From a virus, in the IMG/VR virus record IMGVR_UViG_3300045988_100718: a stretch of 16,937 nt of DNA; one strand, written 5' to 3'. Below are positions 12,280 through 16,937 of this stretch, piece after piece. Under the pieces are notes generated by a model, which saw only the letters and a program-made list of their open reading frames with translations, was not told the DNA's origin and did not search any database. The first letter of the stretch is position 1; every line of letters begins with the position of its first letter. The translations under genes were made by a program, and so were the position numbers.

Positions 12280-13853
12280 CCTTTTGGGAACTTGACGGGG
12301 ATCAGGCCCGTGGGCAGCGTCGCGGCTACGGCAAGATAGCCATAGACGCTGTAGTTTTCGGTGAGATTGGTGGGGTCGCCGTCGCTGAGCTGGGTCGGGC
12401 CGCCGCTTTCCCAGACCGTTACCGCTTCAGGGTCGATGAAGCATGCCGTGCCGGTGGGGGCGCTTGGGAGGAGCTGGACGGGGACGCGGAGGAATCGGCC
12501 GGCGATGCCGGTGAGGTCGAAGTCGCCGATGGTGTCCGAGCCGTCGCCGGACAGGTCGAAGAATCGACTGCCGGTGTCCTTGAGCTTGATGAGCGCGGTC
12601 ATGACGTCCTTGGATACGCCGAGGCGGGTGAGGGACGTGTTACGGTCGTCGGCGAGTTCGGCGGCGTCCATGATAAGGCCCGCCCACTGGTCGATGGTCA
12701 TGGCGTCAAGGGCGGCGGGCGCGTCGATCTTGTTGGCGTTGGAGGTCGCGTCGCGCTGCGCGGCGATGGTCGCGTACAAGTAGTCGCGCACGGCGGTTTC
12801 CGTCGCCTTCGCGTAGGCGTTGCGGAGGCCGCGAAGCATGGTGTCGAGCGCGGGCACCTGAGAGCGTTCCACGGTCTGCCGTGAGATGCTGCCATAGCCG
12901 CCATACGTGTTGATGCTGACGGACTTTGTGGCGAAGGTCAGCTTGCCGAACGGCAGCTTGGCGCCTTCGGCCGTTTGCTTGCCGACTGTGGTGGTGTCGG
13001 TGTCGAGCACGGTGTATTCCATCGTCATGCCCTTGTCAGGCAGCGCGGCGTGAGTCAGGATGCCCATGACCTTACGGCGCTGCTGGATGAGGCGGAGGTC
13101 GTCGGCAATCCAAGTTGTCGTGTTGCCGATGTTGCCGGTGGTGATGAGGTCGCGGCATTCGTGCATGAGCTGCACGGCCGCGTCGTCGCCACGGTTCAGG
13201 GCCTGAAGGTACGCGCCCGCTGTACGGTATTCACCGCCGATGACCTTGGGCGCGGTGTTCGCGCCGCCCTTGGCGATAGCGGCCTTGATGCTGCGTTGTT
13301 CGTCCTTGATGGCCTCAAGGGTTTCGGTAAGTTCCGCGTCCATACGGGTTTCCTCGCTTTCGTTGTCGTTTCCGGTTTTGGACATGTTTCCGTGGGGGTC
13401 GGCGCTGCGTTGGTCTGTGATCTTCGCGGCCTCATACGCGGGCCACGACACCACCGACGTTTCCAACAGGCGCACGCGCTTGCGGTGTGTTACACCGTCC
13501 TTGTCGGTCTCTGATTCCACTGGGATGAAACCGACGCTGAGGCTGTCCAGCGCGCCGTCACGCAACAGGGCCACGACGTCGCGGCCTAGCTGCGTGTCGC
13601 TGATGCGGGCCGTGATGTGCAAGCCGTCCGACTGACTGTCGGCGTCGGTGATGCGGCCGATAAGCTCGCCGTGCTGGTAGCAGAGCTTGGCCGTGTCCAC
13701 GCCGTCGAACACACACGAACTGTCAAACGTCTCGGCACCGTTCCACGTATCAATCACCTGACCGAACGGCACGGCCACGCCTTCCAGCGTGCGGCCGTCG
13801 CCGTCTTCGGCGGCGCGTAGGCATACGCCCTTCAATCCGATTTCATGCTTCAT
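12276..13853 (-). CDS. Prohead protease (HK97/S78-like) fused to a scaffold-like linker and an HK97-fold major capsid protein (525 aa)
   Basis: The N-terminus carries LCYQHGELIG (His) and DSLSVGFIP (Ser), the HK97-family protease signature. An acidic, coiled linker follows, then a capsid-sized C-terminal domain of about 330 aa. No separate protease or capsid gene exists. GGAAGGGGTG lies upstream of the ATG. Confidence 0.75.
   Translation of the reverse strand: MKHEIGLKGVCLRAAEDGDGRTLEGVAVPFGQVIDTWNGAETFDSSCVFDGVDTAKLCYQHGELIGRITDADSQSDGLHITARISDTQLGRDVVALLRDGALDSLSVGFIPVESETDKDGVTHRKRVRLLETSVVSWPAYEAAKITDQRSADPHGNMSKTGNDNESEETRMDAELTETLEAIKDEQRSIKAAIAKGGANTAPKVIGGEYRTAGAYLQALNRGDDAAVQLMHECRDLITTGNIGNTTTWIADDLRLIQQRRKVMGILTHAALPDKGMTMEYTVLDTDTTTVGKQTAEGAKLPFGKLTFATKSVSINTYGGYGSISRQTVERSQVPALDTMLRGLRNAYAKATETAVRDYLYATIAAQRDATSNANKIDAPAALDAMTIDQWAGLIMDAAELADDRNTSLTRLGVSKDVMTALIKLKDTGSRFFDLSGDGSDTIGDFDLTGIAGRFLRVPVQLLPSAPTGTACFIDPEAVTVWESGGPTQLSDGDPTNLTENYSVYGYLAVAATLPTGLIPVKFPKG
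12282..12288 (-). promoter_or_regulatory. Candidate -1 slippery heptamer CCCAAAA, two codons before the capsid stop
   Basis: The zero frame reads TTC CCA AAA GGA TGA. C CCA AAA fits X XXY YYZ. The -1 frame continues AGG ATG ACG... into the Big_2 ORF. Confidence 0.5.
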
Positions 13854-15033
13854 TGTTCACCCCTTCCGGTTGCGGTGCTGCGATCTTGGGAGGCAGCGCC
13901 TCGCGCGCCCTGATCTCGTTTACGTCCATCCATCCCGCGCCGAGCGCCGAAGCATAGGCGGCGTAACGGTCGGACATGTCAGCGCGGCGGCTGCTGTCCC
14001 AGTCGAACGCGGCGGTACGGCCGCGCGGCAACAAGCGGTTAAACAGTTCCTCGATTTCGCCCGTGTAGGCCGCTAACGTGTAGTCAGCAAATTCAATCCA
14101 CGATTGCTCGATATTGGAATAGGTCAGGTTCGAGCCGTCAACTGCGGCAAGCATGATTGACGCCGGGATGCCGAGAAGTCGCGCGATCTGAGTCGTGTCG
14201 AACTTCTGCGTTTCGAGAAACTGAAGGTCTGCCGGCTTCATATCCAAAGGGACGTACTTCAGTTTCGAGCCGAGCACCTTCACGTCGGCGGCTGTGCCGG
14301 TCGCCTTCCACGCCTCTTTGGCGTTCTTGGCGATCTCGGGCGTCACCTTCTCTTCCGTCTGCAAATAACCCTTGATGTTGGAAGAATCCGTGTAGAACTT
14401 GGCCTTGTAGTCGCGCGCCATCTGAGCGCCTTCAACTTCCTCGCGCGCCGCCGATAGGGGACCCAGTCCACGCAAGCGGCCGGGAACGTTCAGAAACTTG
14501 CAATGCACGATGTCGTTGGCGGTGTAGTCCTTGCCGAGATAGCTATAACGGAGCTTCGGCGCGGCGGGGTCGCTGCCGTCGTCGGACACGACGACAAGGG
14601 CGGGCGGCAGCACCTCGCAAGACACGATGTCACCGCCGAAGCGCACAAGGCGGACGAAAGCGTTGCCGTCAATGACCATCGATGCCACCATGTCGGCCAA
14701 GAAGTCCCGGCGCGATCTGTTCACGTCAGGTTGCAGCACGAGGGAACTCACGGTGTCCAGCTTGACGCCGCCGCGCATCTCATGAATGGGCAAACCGGTA
14801 ATGGCGGTCTGCAACACTTGGACGCCGCGAAACACGGTGGACAAACTCAGCGGGTCGCACACGCTTGCACGCGCGGGCGGCTTGATGCCGTCCGGCATGT
14901 CGTCGTCGGCACCGCGCGTCAGCACGCGGCCCGCGATCTTCATACGCTGCCAAAGGTTCATGCGGCCGATTATGCGCGCACGACGCTGGAACGGTCTACC
15001 GTCGTGCCGCCAATCACCGCCAAGTACCGCCAA
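13843..15033 (-). CDS. Portal protein (HK97-family-like)
   Basis: The call rests on size and position between terL and the protease-capsid gene. The start is uncertain: TTG 15033 from the track lies inside a tandem repeat, while ATG 14961 (MNLWQRMK) is the first ATG. Neither has a clear SD. Confidence 0.75.
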   Translation of the reverse strand: MAVLGGDWRHDGRPFQRRARIIGRMNLWQRMKIAGRVLTRGADDDMPDGIKPPARASVCDPLSLSTVFRGVQVLQTAITGLPIHEMRGGVKLDTVSSLVLQPDVNRSRRDFLADMVASMVIDGNAFVRLVRFGGDIVSCEVLPPALVVVSDDGSDPAAPKLRYSYLGKDYTANDIVHCKFLNVPGRLRGLGPLSAAREEVEGAQMARDYKAKFYTDSSNIKGYLQTEEKVTPEIAKNAKEAWKATGTAADVKVLGSKLKYVPLDMKPADLQFLETQKFDTTQIARLLGIPASIMLAAVDGSNLTYSNIEQSWIEFADYTLAAYTGEIEELFNRLLPRGRTAAFDWDSSRRADMSDRYAAYASALGAGWMDVNEIRAREALPPKIAAPQPEGVNNEA

Positions 15034-15050
15034 GTACCGCCAAGTACCGC
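15011..15050. repeat. 10-bp tandem repeat, three exact copies (caagtaccgc) plus one degenerate copy (caatcaccgc)
   Basis: Read directly at 15021-15050, with the degenerate unit at 15011-15020. It starts 2 nt after the terL stop. Confidence 0.9.
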
Positions 15051-15052
15051 CG

Positions 15053-16498
15053 TCAGAAGATCTGCAGCGGCCCGGCCTCTTCGGGCCTGTGCGCCGCTCC
15101 CCACGCGGCCAACATGCACGATTCCAGCGGCGACGTGAGGCCCGTGGAGCCGCGGCGACTCACGCGCCATGCGTCGCCCGCCCACTTGCGCGCCGAGTTG
15201 GCCGCGCTAGCGTCAAGGTCGGCGTCGGCCGCGTGCCATATCGCACCGTTGGTCAGGCCGCTCACGTAGCTTTGCCCGACGGTGAGGTAGTCGGCCGCTT
15301 CCATGTCCACGAACACAAGCGCGGGGTCGCCGTCGCTGTCGGTCATATGGCGCAAGCGGTCGGATAGGTCGGCGGCGGTTCCACGGTTGTCGATCACCAC
15401 CGGCGCGCCATAGATGGCGCACAGACGACGTAGCTCTTCGGGCGCGTAGCCGGTGCCGTCCAGTATCTTCAGCAGCTGCGTGGTGATGGTGCCGTCCGGG
15501 TTGCAGATTCCGGCGCTGATGCTGGTGTGGGTAGAATCTACGTCCACGGCTGCACCGAAAACCACCGGCCTATCGTTCAGGTCGGCGGGGCTTATGGGCG
15601 CGGTGACTGTCTGCGCCCACGTCGCTTCATCTATGGCGCGGTCGGTTATGCCTTCGTCGCGCCTGTTGCCGAAGGCGCGCGCCCAACCGGCCGGATTGCC
15701 CTTGAATTGCTCGTGGAAGTCCACTAGCTGCGATCTGTCCCACAAAAGCCCCGCCGCTGGATGATGGATCATGATGGCGTCGAGGTCTTCGGGGTCGGCG
15801 TCGGCCGGAAGGCCGAAGTCGAACCAACATGTGCGCCGGGATTGCTCGCCCGCGCGGCAAGCGTCAAGACGGCGGTTGAAGAACGTCGATTCGGCCGTGC
15901 CTTCGGTGCTGGTAATCCAAAGTTGCGGCTGCACGCCCGTGGCCTTAAGGCGCGTCGCCATCGTGGGCATGAAGCCGTCGAGGATGGTATTACCGGTTTC
16001 CTCACTGAGGCTAAACGCTTCGTCCAGAGTGATCTTGTCGCCCTGTACTCCGTGGCCCGCCACCTTCGTCACGCTCTTGGGCATGATAACGGAGCCGTTG
16101 GCGAACGGTTGGCGAAGGTCGCCCGCGCCCAAGTACGGCCGTGTGGTGATGGCCGACAAGGGCGATGCCTGTATGGTCTTCAGGTATTTTTTAAAGTGGT
16201 CGCCCGCGTCCTTGCCGGTCTGAGCCAAGTAGTAGATGAAGCGGTTAGGCCCCCACTGCGAATTACGGGTATCCACCGCGTCCACAAGCGTGGATTTTCC
16301 GCACTGACGCGGCGTGGAAAGAATCACCGTGTCATAGTAGTAGGTGCCGGTATCGGGGTCGATTTCGCCCGCCACGTCGGCAACCATTCTTTGCCACGGC
16401 AATAGCGGCGTGCCGAGCAACCGCGCGAACTTGGCGACTATGGGGCCGTCCGTCTTCCGGTCGGGGTTGCGCGGGGTGCCGCCGCGTACCGGCGTCAT
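15053..16498 (-). CDS. terL: Terminase large subunit
   Basis: The Walker A motif is STPRQCGKSTLV, with a nuclease-type C-terminal half. The start ATG 16498 overlaps the terS stop as ATGA. The track ORF to 16582 is an over-extension. Confidence 0.9.
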   Translation of the reverse strand: MTPVRGGTPRNPDRKTDGPIVAKFARLLGTPLLPWQRMVADVAGEIDPDTGTYYYDTVILSTPRQCGKSTLVDAVDTRNSQWGPNRFIYYLAQTGKDAGDHFKKYLKTIQASPLSAITTRPYLGAGDLRQPFANGSVIMPKSVTKVAGHGVQGDKITLDEAFSLSEETGNTILDGFMPTMATRLKATGVQPQLWITSTEGTAESTFFNRRLDACRAGEQSRRTCWFDFGLPADADPEDLDAIMIHHPAAGLLWDRSQLVDFHEQFKGNPAGWARAFGNRRDEGITDRAIDEATWAQTVTAPISPADLNDRPVVFGAAVDVDSTHTSISAGICNPDGTITTQLLKILDGTGYAPEELRRLCAIYGAPVVIDNRGTAADLSDRLRHMTDSDGDPALVFVDMEAADYLTVGQSYVSGLTNGAIWHAADADLDASAANSARKWAGDAWRVSRRGSTGLTSPLESCMLAAWGAAHRPEEAGPLQIF

Positions 16499-16800
16499 GC
16501 CTTCGCCTCTTGCAGCAATCCGGCAAGGGCGGGGTCGATTTCCTTTTGCGCCGGGAACTTGGTTTCTAGTTCCTGATACCACGCCAATAGCTGCGCCATG
16601 ACGCGCGACGTGTCGCGGCCCTTGGCGTTCAGGGCGTCGAAGTTGCGCGCGATATTGATCATGGTCTTGCAGATATACCGGGCGCTGGGGTTCAGGGTAC
16701 GGCCTTCCATGAAACTGTCGATAAGTTCCTTCGTGGCGCGTTCCTGTAGGCCATCGTTGGGGCCGTAGTAGTCCTCGAATCCTTCTAGCGTCATTTGCAT
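16495..16800 (-). CDS. Terminase small subunit candidate (101 aa)
   Basis: It lies immediately upstream of terL and is translationally coupled to it. GAGGTG sits 6 nt upstream of the ATG. It is small and helical. The call is by position only. Confidence 0.55.
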   Translation of the reverse strand: MQMTLEGFEDYYGPNDGLQERATKELIDSFMEGRTLNPSARYICKTMINIARNFDALNAKGRDTSRVMAQLLAWYQELETKFPAQKEIDPALAGLLQEAKA

Positions 16801-16852
16801 TCGTTCACCTCTTCTTGTTGCTTGTTTTCGTTGGTATTCCGCCGTTTTCTAG

Positions 16853-16937
16853 ATTTTTTTGTCCGGTTCGAGAGAGTAAAAAACTGGGCGCGGGGTCTTT
16901 TCCGTCGTCGGCTGTTTAAAAAACGGCGTCACCATTC
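16853..16937 (+). repeat. Right copy of the 85-bp direct terminal overlap
   Basis: Identical to 1-85. Confidence 0.95.

Larger units (their letters stand above)
1..16852. mobile_element. Complete circular or circularly closed genome of a small temperate siphovirus-like phage, unit length 16,852 bp
   Basis: An exact 85-bp terminal overlap closes the circle. A full packaging, head, tail and lysis module is present together with an integrase, an attP-like tRNA fragment and a divergent HTH switch. No flanking host genes are present. Confidence 0.8.

Noticed and set aside
12200-12281. A stimulatory stem-loop or pseudoknot downstream of the CCCAAAA heptamer.
   Set aside because: By eye I found only 4-5 bp complementary stretches. 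I cannot support a structure without a folding calculation, so none is annotated.
15011-15050. The tandem 10-bp repeat as a CRISPR-like or iteron array.
   Set aside because: The units are contiguous with no spacers, are only 10 bp long and number about 3.5 copies. There are no cas genes. I report it only as an unexplained tandem repeat.

Overview
The window closes on itself. Bases 1-85 recur exactly at 16853-16937, so the unique unit is 16,852 bp. I read it as the complete genome of a very small, high-GC temperate siphovirus-type phage in its excised or circularised form. An actinobacterial, possibly Bifidobacterium-like, host is inference only.

Almost everything is on the minus strand, in one compact run. 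In transcription order it is:
- a cro-like HTH gene and four small early genes, two of them below the ORF-track cutoff
- about 330 nt of structured non-coding DNA ending in a terminator
- a basic 113-aa protein, an excisionase-family HTH and an HNH endonuclease
- a putative cos region at the circle junction, then terS, terL and portal
- a prohead protease-major capsid fusion and an Ig-like/CBM-like module
- head-tail connector proteins, a major tail protein and a G/GT tail chaperone with a canonical -1 slippery site
- a short tape measure, one large minor tail protein and a small low-GC receptor-binding protein
- a membrane protein, an amidase endolysin and a holin

Only two genes are on the plus strand: an Xre-type repressor-like gene (2756-3199) and a small tyrosine integrase (3199-4050).

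I found no replication, recombination or nucleotide-metabolism genes, CRISPR array, reverse transcriptase or recognisable defence system.

The main points of interest are:
1. The 3' 45 nt of a tRNA-Met(CAU) gene, the presumed attP core, lies inside the 3' end of the repressor-like ORF and just upstream of int. This is the geometry of integration-dependent immunity known from some mycobacteriophages.
2. A CCCAAAA slippery heptamer sits two codons before the capsid stop. It leads in the -1 frame into a Big_2 Ig-like domain that is itself split over two ORFs, followed by two CBM-like repeats that contain a G11 homopolymer.
3. The genome is exceptionally minimal for a temperate tailed phage.

All domain calls come from reading motifs by eye. 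No searches were run.
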